This document shows positions 14,320 to 26,241 of a stretch of 61,813 bases of DNA, in pieces. The notes under the pieces were generated by a model. The model did no database searches, was not told the DNA's origin, and saw nothing but the letters and a program-made list of their open reading frames with translations. This DNA comes from Xylographa opegraphella (lineage: Eukaryota). The translations under genes and the position numbers were made by a program. Numbering within the stretch: the stretch's first letter is position 1; each line of letters starts with the position of its first letter. The stretch covers positions 124,001 through 185,813 of the forward strand of contig JALDZX010000043.1 in assembly GCA_022813865.1 (NCBI GenBank). Reading direction: 5' to 3'.

Positions 14320-16161
14320 ATGTTCGTTTCCGGGCTCTTCGGGAGTTTTAAATCTCGAGCTGCTTATCATCATGGGCGGTTGCCCGGGATTCGTAAGGTG
14401 CCTTTGCCGGCCATCGGCATCATCGCTCTTGTGGCATTGGTGAACCTGGCGGTCTGGACCGCCGTGGGTGTAGTGTTGGTATGTGTATCTAATAAATGCA
14501 CTTCGATCGAATGGTCATATGGCTTACGATTCTAGCATTATCATGTGTATGCCGTTGTTTCTCTCTCCCTCCGTCCGTGCCGGTTGACGTTCTCCCGCGA
14601 GGCTGACCGACACGCTCCGATGATAGCGCACTGGTTTCTACCGCCGTTCTGGCCTATACGCTGGGGCTGCGACATGCGCTGGATGCCGACCACATCTCCG
14701 TAGATTCGACCAGTGTTTAATTCCACGTTCGTTCTAACCGTACGCTCAGGCGATTGACCTCATGACAAGAAGACTGGTCGCTTCCGGTGGCCGTCCCGTC
14801 ACGGTGGGAACTTTCTTCTCCCTCGGGCATTCGACGTGCGTTGGCATATGTGAAGGTTTCTTCTCAACCGTTTTTCATCCTGATACATTCACTCTTCGTC
14901 TTCCCCCTTCGTCCTTGTAATTCGATCGCAGCTGTCTAAATTCACCCTGACGTCCCATCCCTTTGAGCCTGCACTCCAGCCGTCCCCACTCTCACTCACC
15001 TGAATCTCTCTCCGCTACAGAATTGTCGTCATCACTTCCATCGTCGTCGCTGCTACCGCGTCAGCCGTGTCTTCGAAGTTCGGTGCCTTCAGCACGATCG
15101 GAGGCATAATCGGCAGCTCCGTCTCGGCTGCTTTCCTCATCATCCTTGGCTTGATGAACGTCTACATCATGTACAAACTCATGCAGCAGATGAAAACCCT
15201 CATCCATTCATCCCCGGAGGAGGAGCAGGCGTTCAAGATCAAAGGCGCCGGATGTCTTTTCTGGCTGTTCAAGAAGATGTTCAAGATCATTGACAGGTAC
15301 GGAGGCATGCAGCTTGAAACAGGTCACTCCTTTGCTTCCCTTGTCTGGCTAATCGAGGCAACGACAGACCATGGAAGATGTACCCGCTGGGAGTCATGTT
15401 CGGCCTTGGCTTCGACACAAGCTCCGAGGTCGCCCTGCTCGGCATTGCCAGTATACAGGCCTCCAAGGGCACGAGCATCTGGCTCATCCTCGTCTTCCCG
15501 GCTCTCTTCACCGGTAGGCTTACACTTGATGCTTACGCAGTTACTTCGGCCACACAGATACCCGCCTCTCCCTAGCCATGATAGCTGACACGAGAAAATA
15601 GCGGGAATGTGCCTGCTCGACACGCTCGACGGTGCGCTGATGCTCACGCTGTACACGTCTCCGTCCCTAGCCAAGGACACCATCGCTATCCTGTACTACT
15701 CCATCGTCCTGACGGGCATCACCGTCGTGGTCGCCTTGGTGATCGGCACCATCCAGCTCCTCACGCTCGTACTCAACATCGCGAAACCGACGGGGAAGTT
15801 CTGGACCGGGGTGCAGGTTGCGGGCGATCACTACGATATCATAGGTGAGCAGCTCACTCCCCCACAGCCGCAGAACTCGGGCACGGTTATCCACCCAGTT
15901 ACACCAACCTGACCTGCGACCGCAGGCGGCGGCATTTGCGCCTCGTTTGTGGTGTTTGGAGCCTTGAGCGTCCTCCTGTACAAGCCATGGCGGCGGCACA
16001 TCGACCGCCAGAGGGCCGCAGGGAGGCACCTCGCACCAGATGATAGAATAGCGGAGGTGGTCGAGTTGGAGGTTCACGGTAAGCAGGTGGAGGGGGGGGA
16101 CTGTAACCGCTGCAGAAACCACGGGAGCACATCTCTCGACATTCGAAGAGCGACCATGTGA
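14320..16161 (+). CDS. High-affinity nickel/cobalt transporter (NiCoT family, Nic1-like); multi-exon
   Basis: [17 protein letters not shown] signature (RHAxDADHI), [30 protein letters not shown] and [10 protein letters not shown] spread over several exons. Confidence 0.9.
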
Positions 16162-16723
16162 TACGCCCGTGGTTACAGCTACAGTGGTGAAGGTGTGATG
16201 CTTGTGTAGATTATGAGCCAGCTACATGAACCGATGTTTGCATCCGAATTCTCTTTTGTGCCTTGTATAATGCATGTAGTACATGCCTGGTGGACGTAGA
16301 TTAAAAGGCTGGATGTAAACCAAAAGGCTGGACGTAGATTGGGACGTTCCAGACTCGAAAAAACCTACCAAATGGTGCTCTGGGAGAGCTGAGGTGGTAC
16401 TTTCCTAACAAAACGAGAGATATTACAAACTACTACTCTGGCAAGAACCCCTGTGTCCCCCGGGTTCTGCACCAACGGCACACAAAAGGGTTGGCAGACA
16501 CGCCGGATCAGCCATGCATGCAATCGGGTCAGGATCGCAGGAAAGTCGGACGAGCCGAGCGTTGAGACAGTACGGGCACTTTACGTGAGCGGACTGGACG
16601 GGTCAGGTATTTGGTGGGAAGGTCAATCACCTATTTACATGTCCACTCCCCTACTCCCTCACCTATTTACATGTCTACTCCCCCTACTGCGACGTCACGA
16701 TTCGAAGTCTTGACAACCGAGTG

Positions 16724-18139
16724 CTAGACCGGAGTCCTCGCCAGGACATCCGCCTCGCTATCCTGCCCCGGCCGGACTTCCACCACCCGCTCGCCGTTCT
16801 CCCACCGCAGCCGCAACATCACTTGCAGACCCTCCGCCACTAGGTCGATTGATGGCCGACCATCCTGATCTCGCCTCGGGGTCACGGCCGCCGGAAGCAG
16901 CCGGACGGGGGGCAGGGACGCAAACTTCAGCATAGGCCGCTCGTCGGGGAGGATGTGCCACTTGTCACCCCAACGGCCCGCCCAAGCTTTCCACTCGTCG
17001 CTGACCTCGCCCAGAGCGACGAGCGGAACGATGTCAGCGTCCACGCCGAGCGCGGTCGGGATCGGAGGCCATCCCATCAGATAGCCGGCTGCTTGAGCGA
17101 TTTTGATGACCATCTGTTGGCCCTGTGGAGAATTCGTCATCACGCAGATGCCACACCCGTCGGCCTTGCCCAGCTCCGCCGTACCTTCTCCGGCGACGTC
17201 GACCCAGCCAAGGAGCATACAGCGGTATCCAGGATGGTTGGAGCCACCGTGGTAGATGACGTTGCTGCCGGCAGGGGCCATCCACCCACGTGCGAATTTC
17301 GACTGGACAGCTGTAAGCATGAGCCGGGCCCATGCTTGCCTGAGGAAGCTGTCGTTGGCACCCTGGAGCGAAGACTGGAGTGCACGGATGACAACAAGGA
17401 GTTCCCTTGGGGTTGTCCACAGCCCTGCGGCTGCCAGTTCCGGGAATATATGATACGGCGGTTCATGAGCCGTATCGGCGGTGTCGTAAGCACCGGCGAA
17501 GTTTCGCTCCGTGTCAGGAAGTTTATAGCAGCTTCGGCTCATGCGAAGCGGCTCGAAGACGAGCTCCTGGACGATTGCGGCAAATGGTTTCCGTAGCACG
17601 GTCTCCAAGATCATTTGCGCCACGGTGATTCCGCCGCCGGAATATTCGACGCGCTGGCCGGGGAAGCCTTCGAGACGGACTTGACATGTGTTGCTTGGAG
17701 AGCGGCCTTGCAATATGGTAGCGATCGGCGGTGGATCATGGGCGTAACCGGGGAAACCACCAACGGAGAGGCCGGAGGTGTGAGACAGGAGCATCTCGAC
17801 GGTGATGTGCTGGAGCAACGGCTTGGTTTGGGTCGTCTCGAGGAAAGCGAGCTGTTGCGGGGACAGGTATTCGGTGATCGGGGCAGTCACGGACAGGTGA
17901 CCCGCTTGGGCGGCTCGGAAGACGGCCACTGCCGCGATGGGCTTCGAGATGCTGCAGGCTTGGAACAAGGTGTCGGCATCGACAGCGGAGGTTGAGATGG
18001 TCGTGGTGGAAATTTCATCGTGGGCCAGAGTTGCGATGGAGGCTGCGGGAACCCCCAGTCGGGCCAGGGCCTCTGCGGACGAGATTGGGGGTTCGTACTG
18101 GCCAGCGATAAGATCCTCAAGAGCTTGTAAGACTGCCAT
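16724..18139 (-). CDS. Beta-lactamase/serine hydrolase family protein (class C/PBP-like fold), intronless
   Basis: FQACSISKP (SxxK), LLSHTSGL, YSGGG (YxN-equivalent), AAAGLWTTP and HGG motifs. Confidence 0.85.
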   Translation of the reverse strand: MAVLQALEDLIAGQYEPPISSAEALARLGVPAASIATLAHDEISTTTISTSAVDADTLFQACSISKPIAAVAVFRAAQAGHLSVTAPITEYLSPQQLAFLETTQTKPLLQHITVEMLLSHTSGLSVGGFPGYAHDPPPIATILQGRSPSNTCQVRLEGFPGQRVEYSGGGITVAQMILETVLRKPFAAIVQELVFEPLRMSRSCYKLPDTERNFAGAYDTADTAHEPPYHIFPELAAAGLWTTPRELLVVIRALQSSLQGANDSFLRQAWARLMLTAVQSKFARGWMAPAGSNVIYHGGSNHPGYRCMLLGWVDVAGEGTAELGKADGCGICVMTNSPQGQQMVIKIAQAAGYLMGWPPIPTALGVDADIVPLVALGEVSDEWKAWAGRWGDKWHILPDERPMLKFASLPPVRLLPAAVTPRRDQDGRPSIDLVAEGLQVMLRLRWENGERVVEVRPGQDSEADVLARTPV

Positions 18140-21021
18140 GATGAAAAGTAGTTTAAATCAAAGGTAGAAAAGATGGAATGGTCACGACAACGGCGATGGA
18201 GGATTTACTTTAAATGAAAGAACCGAAAGATTGGGATACACCAACCAGGGCAGCTGCGTCACAGTCTTGCGCAAGACATTTAGATCCAGAGCTGGTTACG
18301 TCGTCGGTGACACGGACAGGCATCGAAGGCAGACGACGACAAGGTGCTTGCGAGGGCTGGCGTACGCAGTGCAAACGGACGTTGGATTAAAGGTGTGAAG
18401 AAGCACGACCATTTCATGAGCCATGGGGGACAGATGACGCGGCCACAAGCGGGCGATAGGTGCCACTAATGGATAGAGTGCGCATGATGGCAGGCCCAGC
18501 ACAGATTGAGAGAACAGAAGAACAGAGACGAGAGAAACGAGGGGAGCTGGCAGGGGGGAGGAACGGGGAAGGGGAGGGATGGCAATCCTTCTCCAATGAA
18601 GCAATTGATGATGAGGTGAGTCACACTGGGGGAGCATGGCCGCAAACGCCTACCTGGATACATATAATCTGAGGGGGGACCCATCCACAATCTTCGCATC
18701 CTTCCGTCTTCCTCATCCTGTTCAAAGCACACGTTTTCCAGCTCAGCATTGAATCTTCACCAGTCCTTACCGAGTACCCAATAAGCCACCACAACAAAGA
18801 TGCAGAGCACCACCAGCACGACACGTGCTGGTGCCAAGATCCTCCTCTCCGCATTGGCCCGGCCCGGCATCCCGAAGCAGCCCGAGAGCGTGGGACCCGG
18901 GAGGAGAGTCACGATGTTTTGATCGGCGTGCGCCGGCAGCGGAAAAAGCAACACTTGGGCTGACCAGCGGACAATGCGTCGCGAGAGGTTCAGGTTCTAG
19001 AACGATGCGATGGAAGGTCTGAAGCGCCTTGGTGGTCGCGATGTGTTCCTGACTTGCAGAAAGCTGCAGCATAGGTACATTGCTCCCTCCCTCATTCGGC
19101 GCAACGACCAGGGCGCCTGCCTCAAAGCCCGTTGCATCGTGTGCTCCGCTGCACTTTCGGCTCCTCTAGCCCCGGGAGCACCAATGGCGCCGCTGTTTCG
19201 CCACGACGATACGGCTGCATGGGCCACCACGCACCATGGGCCTTGCCACAATCAGGATTGGCGAACCCGAGGCCCAGTGGCGAGACTTGCTGGATGCTGG
19301 ACCGGCTACACAGTAGAAGTGGTCGCCAGATGCATGGCTGATGAGCTCTCCCTCCTCACGACGAAATCCCTCGTTCCTGCTGTTTGGCGCTAGATCGCCT
19401 GTTGGCCATGGGCGCGGAGGGATGTGCATACTCCTACACAGTACTCAGTACCTTGGGTGGTGGCGGACCACCAGCTGTCGTCTCGATCGACCTCGCTGTC
19501 GCTGGAGTCGAGGGGCGATCAGCGTGCGCGATCAGCCTTCATCGTCATCGTCATCCCCATGGACGCTCAACGTCATTCCGTAATGCACAGATATCGCACC
19601 GTGGCAGTCACTAGCAAGACCGGTGGTGGCCGATAACCATGATGTGCATCTGGGCGGCTGGTCAGTGGTGGAGGAACTTTGCACATTCTTACATATGCCG
19701 CCGTCTACGATGAGGCCATGGATTACTGTGTATGTGCTCTGATCATGGCTTGTTCGGTTGTGGCCCTCATCCTCCTTCGTCTTTGTCGTTACCTTATCGC
19801 ACACCTTCCTTCGAGCGACGGCTAAACAAGAAGGAGCAATCTTGCTCCGCACGACGGCCTTGGCGTCTTCGGCTCCGTGGCTGCAAATCTCGAACCAAGC
19901 TTCGCACCGACCAATCGGCCGACGCGCCCCGCCATAGCGAAAAGCTTCTGGAAGATCCGATTGTGACACACGCTAAACCCCTTCGCGGCCAGGTCAATGC
20001 GCCAAGCGCGGGTTTAGACGATTACTACCCTGCCCTTGCCCTACTTTAGGACTAACTCCGAGCCTCTAGTCCATCTTACGTACTTTACTAGCCAAGTCGT
20101 GGTACTGCGTGAGGTGAGCAAGTACAACTCCGTCCTACGACCCGCGTTGAAACAAAAGCCTCTCACGTGTGCACACGACGTGGGAAGTGCTGTCGCGTGG
20201 GAAGTCGACCTGACGACGGGAAACCGAATCTGAGGACGAACGGCCTCCACCGACTGGAACCTCCCAGGAGATGATACGGCCAGCATGCTTTGCTGAGTGA
20301 AGATGGCCGTCTCCGCTGGCAGCGCGAGGCTGACGGAGATGACATGCTCCACCGTCGCCGACATGGGTGGCGCTGCCGGTGAGACAGCAGCGATGGCTAT
20401 CAGCGACCATGCCCGATCCAGCCGTCCGACCCTCGCACATTCGCTGCGGTGCGAGGCATGACCGAAGGCTGGAATCGTGTGCAGTCGACCGAGGTCGAAG
20501 TTCCCGACCAATCATCTGCTGCGGAGAGGGCGCTGCAAGTCCCCACAGTGGCCGTTGCCTGACTCCCTGGTAGCAGCTGCAAAGTCGAGTTGTAGGGAAA
20601 GCGGCAGCGATAGGACTAAGGTACTGTACCGGACCTCGAGCTCTGTCATCTCCACTCAAGCTTCTGGTTGGCAACGTTCGGCCGATAAGTGCAGCGGCGC
20701 CACGGACCTCAATCGTGTTGGAGGCCGGCCGTCATTATTGGCTCGAGGCGCTTGTAGCCATTGCGGAAGGTAAGAGAGGACCGGGGTGCGCATTCACTGG
20801 CTCTGCTTCACATCCCTGTCCGCTGTTCGCTTCGATCGTCCGCTCAAACACGCTCTATCAGTTTGCTGGCAGACGGCGGAAATCTCCAATAGATATAAAC
20901 CCACCCCCCTCCCTGGGACGGGCCACGATCTCTCCTTTTTGCTGCCCATTCCTGTCCCTCCTTTGGAACTGCAGGCTCCCCCTCCCCCCATAGCCCTTTC
21001 CTCCCAACACCTGCATCGATC

Positions 21022-23569
21022 ATGGCCACTCCAGATCGATCGGAAGGCATTGCCTCTGATGTCGGCCGTACCACCGCCTATGAGGGCGACGAGAAGGCCG
21101 GCTACGGCCATTCCGCCAGCATCTCCAAGAACTCCTCCGGCAGTGAATCGCCCAAGGCCGTCAACGAGAAAGCCGATTATGGAATGGCCGCCCCCGCCTA
21201 CGACGAGGAGGAGGCTGGACACACCGGCAAGCTGCGCGTCGAGAACGCCGAACAGCTCGTCACCAGCGTTCTCTCCGTCGACGACGACCCCACCCTGAAT
21301 GCGTGGACCTTTCGCATGTGGTTTCTCGGTATGCTCCGTCGACGACTCCCCCCCCGGCCCCCAATCCTCCGCCGGTGAGCCGACCATCTAACCATCGTCG
21401 CAGGTCTTGGGCTCTCGCTGTTCGGCTCCGTGCTGTCGACCATCTACTACTTCAAACCGCAGACCGTTTTCGTCTCCGTCATTTTCTTGACCATCTGGAG
21501 TTACATCCTCGGCGAGATCATGGCGAAGATCATCCCGAAGACGGGCTTCATCGGTCGGTGGTTCAATCCTCACAAGTTCAACCACAAGGAGCATGCCGCC
21601 ATTGTCATCATGTCGTCCGCCGCCGCCACCTGCGCGCTCGGGACCGAGGTGCTCGCGGTGCAACGTCTGTACTACAGCGCCTCCCCGAACGCGGGCGCCT
21701 CCATCTTTCTCCTCTTCTCCTCGCAGTGCTTGGGATACGGCATCGCCGGACTCATGCGCAAAACGCTCGTCTACCCGACCAAGATGCTGTACCCCATCAA
21801 TCTGCCCTTGAACACCCTGCTCGAGACCCTCCACCGCGACAAGACGGAGACCGCCCGCCGTCTCAAGCTGTTCTACATCATGTTCTGCGTCCTCTTCGTG
21901 TGGGAGGCCTTCCCCGAGTACATCATGCCGCTCATGACCGGCGTCAGCATTTTCTGCCTTGCCAAGCGGGACAGCCTCGTCTTCACCAACCTCTTCGGTG
22001 GCACGAACGGAAACGAAGGTCTCGGCTTCCTTTCGTGGTGTATGGATTGGCAGTACATTGCGGGAACCCAGTCGCCACTCTGGTTCCCGCTCCAGACGTT
22101 GGTCAACAACCTCGTCGGATACCTCCTGTGTATCTGTGTGTTCATGGGCGTTTACTACATGAACATCTGGAACGCCCAAGACTTCCCCTTCCTCTCCCAG
22201 CTGTTGTTCTCCAACACTTCCAACGGCACCTCCTACGTCGAGTATAACCAGACCGCGCTCCTCGATTCCAACAACGTGCTCGACCCGGCCATGCTGGACG
22301 TTCTCGGCATCCCCTACTTCGCGACCACGTACGCGACCTACATCTTGAGCACCAACCTCGCCATCACCGCGACCTTCACGCACATGTTCCTCTGGAACTA
22401 CAAGGACATCAGCACGGCCTGGTCCTTCGCCTCGTGGACCAATATCAAGAGGGCCATGAACGTCGAGAACTGGAAATTCTGGAAGGGCGACAAGCAGACC
22501 ATCAGTCCGGAGGAGGAGGCGGCCTTGGACCCTCACTACCGGCTCATGCTGGTCTACAAGGACGCCCCGAACTGGTGGTATGGTGCCATTCTGGTTTTCT
22601 CCATCGTCGTGGGTTTGGTCTGTCTCTACGAGGTCGATTCCACGCTGCCATGGTGGGCCTTTTTCGTCGCATGCGGCCTCGCGGTCATTTGCATCTTGTT
22701 CTTCGGTGCGCAGTACGCCATCACTGGGTTTCAGTTCATCATCCAACCGATCATCCAGATGATTGGAGGATACCTGCACCCCGGCTACCCCGTCGCCAAC
22801 ATGTACTTCACTCTGTTCGGCTACAATGCCGTCGTGCAGGGGCAGCTGCTGCTCAAGGACCTCAAGATTGCTCAATACGCCAAGCTCCCGCCGCGGGTCA
22901 CCTTCACCGCTCAGTTGATCGGGACGCTCGTGGGCGCCATCTTCAACTACGTCATGATGATTTCCATCGTGGACAACCAGCGTGACATTTTACTGTCCAT
23001 CGAAGGAACCAACATCTGGTCCGGACAAAACGTCCAGCAGTACAACTCCCAGGCGATCGCCTGGGGCGGTCTGGCCAAGTACATGTTCAGCGTCGGCGGT
23101 CGCTACGAATGGGTGACGCTGGCCTTCCTCGTCGGCTTCGCCATCCCTCTCCCCTTCTACTTCCTCCACCGCCTCTTCCCGCGAGCCGGTTTCTGGTACT
23201 GGAACACGGCCATCATGACCTACTACATCGGCTGGCTGTGCGTCGGGATCAACTCCTCCATTTTGACCTACTTCGCCGTCGGCTTCGCGTCCCAATGGTT
23301 TATGCGCAAGTACCACCCCGAATGGTTCGTCAAGTACAACTACATCTTGTCGGCCGCCATGGATGGAGGCACCCAAGTGCTGGTCTTCATCTTCACCTTT
23401 GCCGTCGATGGTGGCAGCGGTGCGTCGGTCACCTTCCCGACATACTGGGGCAACAACGGTGGAACTGGGGACGGAATGAATTACGACTACTGTAAGTCTG
23501 GCCTGTCATCGTGCTATCCACCCTCACTGACCCGACCGATCAGGCATGTTCAACCCCGCCAACGGCTAA
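21022..23569 (+). CDS. Oligopeptide transporter (OPT family); introns about 21329-21403 and 23492-23543
   Basis: DDDPTLNAWTFRMWFLG, FNPHKFNHKEHA, LDPHYRLMLVYKDAPNWWY, DLKIAQYAKLPPR and KYNYILSAAMDGGT; many TM segments. Confidence 0.93.
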
Positions 23570-24328
23570 GTAATAGACGATGGAAGTTGATGACCTGGCT
23601 GGCGCGATGGTGGGATGATGTTTCGATAGTTGTTTGCCATGAAAAATAATACACCAATGGTTCAATCTGACTTGACATACATGAAGTATCTCAGCAGTGA
23701 TATATGCTTGAACGGATTTGAATCAAGCTGCCAATTACGCTTGCAAGCCTCTGACCCCCATGACCCCTTATGAGTTGAAATGTGCCGATAATGACATGCT
23801 GCGCTACCTTCGCCTCCGCTCCTGGCGCTTCACATTCGGTCGTCGTGAGGATTTTACTCGACAGTCCTTCGTAGCTGAGACCGACAAAGGGTCGATCTAG
23901 GGTGCGTGTGGGTGTCGTCGGTTTATTGTGCTGATTATGATTGCAAGTACTGCAACTATCGTAGACTAGATTTCATAAATACCATAAGCGCATTGGCCTT
24001 CTTGGGAGGAAACTTTTACGGATCTACGATGAATTCCCCATTCGATCATGAGCCTGGGAAATATAGGTATATGATACCAAATTGGGCGTACAAGTGCTCC
24101 CTACAGGCTCGATTGGGCAAAGTGGAACTTGCACGTGACACACAAAATCGCGCCACCGCCCGCCAAGAGAGTGTTTGCTTTTCTTTCACCGGCACCACAA
24201 AAACCGTTCTTCGCAAACACCACCGTTCTCGACCCTCGCAACTCCCAACCACCCGCACATATTTCTCCACCGCATCACCACAGTATATCGCTCGAGTCCA
24301 CCATCGACGACTCTGTCCGACCATCAAA

Positions 24329-24547
24329 ATGGGAAACGGCGCCAAAGCAGCCTCGAAGCGGGAGCGCAACGCCAAAGAGGCCAACACGGGCGGCAAGTCG
24401 CAGCTGAAGAGCAACGCGGCGGCCAAGACGCTCATCTGCAAGAACTGCAAGCAGGACTGGCAGGGCACCACGAACAAGGCCACCCTCGAGCAGCACGCCA
24501 GTTCCCGACACCCGAAGCTGAAGTACGAGGACTGCTTTGATAATTGA
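24329..24547 (+). CDS. Small DUF1909/At2g23090-like zinc-binding protein (72 aa)
   Basis: MGNGAKAASKRERNAK...KSQLKSNAAAKTLICKNCKQ...LEQHASSRHPK..YEDCF: 4F5-like N-terminus plus CxxC..H..H; good ATG context (AAAATGG). Confidence 0.85.
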   Translation: MGNGAKAASKRERNAKEANTGGKSQLKSNAAAKTLICKNCKQDWQGTTNKATLEQHASSRHPKLKYEDCFDN

Positions 24548-25720
24548 CGGCAAGGGGTCGGCGGTCAATGGGAGACGGAGTGGGTGGGAAAGCGGGATGT
24601 GCGCATTGGGCATGGCTTTTCGGATCTGTGGCGTTGAGCTGGGAGTATGGGGGTGTTTGGCTGTTGAGCACTGGGCCTAAGTTACACTGCGCCAATCTGC
24701 TGTGTCCTTGGGAGTAGAGTACGTGGACCCGGCAGTCGGGTCTTCGGGCGCGTTCTAATGATACCAAAATCGCAGATCACGACGATACGATAAGCTCAAA
24801 ATCCTGCCGACCCGAACCATGACGCTGTTATTGTTGTGGTGATAACTGTCCAGCCCGTCCTCCTGCCGCTTACGTTCTAGGTTAGTCAGATGTAAGCGCT
24901 ATGGGGTTCAAGTGTCCACCATGCCACACGATATGCGACTGATTTTGTGAAAAGGGAAGGGAGGGGTGTCACTTCTACACGGCACTCTGGCTGACATGTG
25001 AGAACATGGTTTTGTACGGCCGGAACTTGTATCTTGACAAAGACATGTGCCAAGGCTGTGTGACCATCACCCAACATGTCGGAGAATAAAAAATCAACGG
25101 TGTTTTCTTGACTTTCCCACTACTACCGCTCCACCGGTCCAGCGGTAGCTTTGCCGCCTAATCCCTCCAGGGACCTTTGGTCAACTCGTCGTGTTGGAAA
25201 TCGCTGACGGCACCCTAAAATTCTCAGTAATCGTGCCCCAAACCATTTCCAGGATTTGCCCTAAGCGGCAGGTCGCGACGGAAGAACCTCTTCCGGCTCC
25301 GCAACGATAACCGATCGGTCGGGAGTCCCCATGGACACTAATGAGTTAGACTAGGTACGTTAATCAAAGCTTGATTTGTGGATATCGACCTATTTTGATG
25401 ATCTTGATAACTGATACTCTGGCATTATTCTGCGCGACGTACTAGGCATGGTGTGACGTCGTCGGCGTCTGTTGGGCATTGAGGTAAGGTACTCTATGGG
25501 GACCGATCGTTAGTGGGAAGGGAACAACCGCAGTGTCGGAAACCGGGTTTAGGTCAGTTGTAGCTGCCCGTGTATCAAACTGTAAGGTATGGGAGGTAAG
25601 GTAGGTGGTACTTTACCTGGGAGTCCCGAGAAACCGGTAATAAAAATTAGGCATCCATCTCCGGTAGTTTGTCGCACTTGAACTTCAAGTTGAATGGCTT
25701 GAATAACGGCTAGATACATA

Positions 25721-25723
<3 letters not shown>

Positions 25724-25769
<46 letters not shown>
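25724..25769. repeat. (GA)n microsatellite
   Basis: Uninterrupted GA run of about 23 units. Confidence 0.95.
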
Positions 25770-25772
<3 letters not shown>

Positions 25773-26013
25773 TGGGTAGAGGACGTCTTCATAATTCTAA
25801 TGCAAATGCAATGAATTAGGAGCCGGGCAGCTTCATCATTGGGGAAGACCTGACGATTCGACGGGTTCCAATGTATATTTGACAAGGTAGAATAAATACT
25901 CAGTGGATGAATGCCTACGCGACCCCACACGTTACACTTGTCCATTGCTGCACGGTGCACACGATCAAGATCCCAAGGTAGGTAGGTACTGAAGGGGAAA
26001 GTCCCCTTTCCCC

Positions 26014-26241
26014 CTGAATCCCTGCATACAGTCTCTCTCACACAAAGTGCGAGGCAAAAGCACCAGCAACGCTCCGCACTCCATACAAGTCCAACGCCAG
26101 CCCTCTGCACCCGGTTAAGATCCTACCGAAAGACCTTCTGAATCCTGCATACAATCTCCCTCACACAAAGGTGCGAGGCCAAAGCACCAGCAACGCTCCG
26201 CACTCCTTTCCCGCTACCAATCCACCACCGGCCCTCCGCAC
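26014..26241. repeat. Imperfect direct repeat, two copies (26014-26110 and 26138-26241); copy 2 overlaps the viperin C-terminal codons
   Basis: Both copies read CTGAATCC(C)TGCATACA.TCTC.CTCACACAAAG(G)TGCGAGGC.AAAGCACCAGCAACGCTCCGCACTCC, about 124 nt apart. Confidence 0.9.

Noticed and set aside
18140..21021. Possible hidden gene between the hydrolase and OPT
   Set aside because: Only short ORFs with no motifs or coherent exon chain; more likely shared divergent promoter DNA.
25192..25201. TGTTGGAAAT match to the start of the Copia LTR (possible solo LTR beside viperin)
   Set aside because: Similarity stops after 10 nt, so it is consistent with chance.
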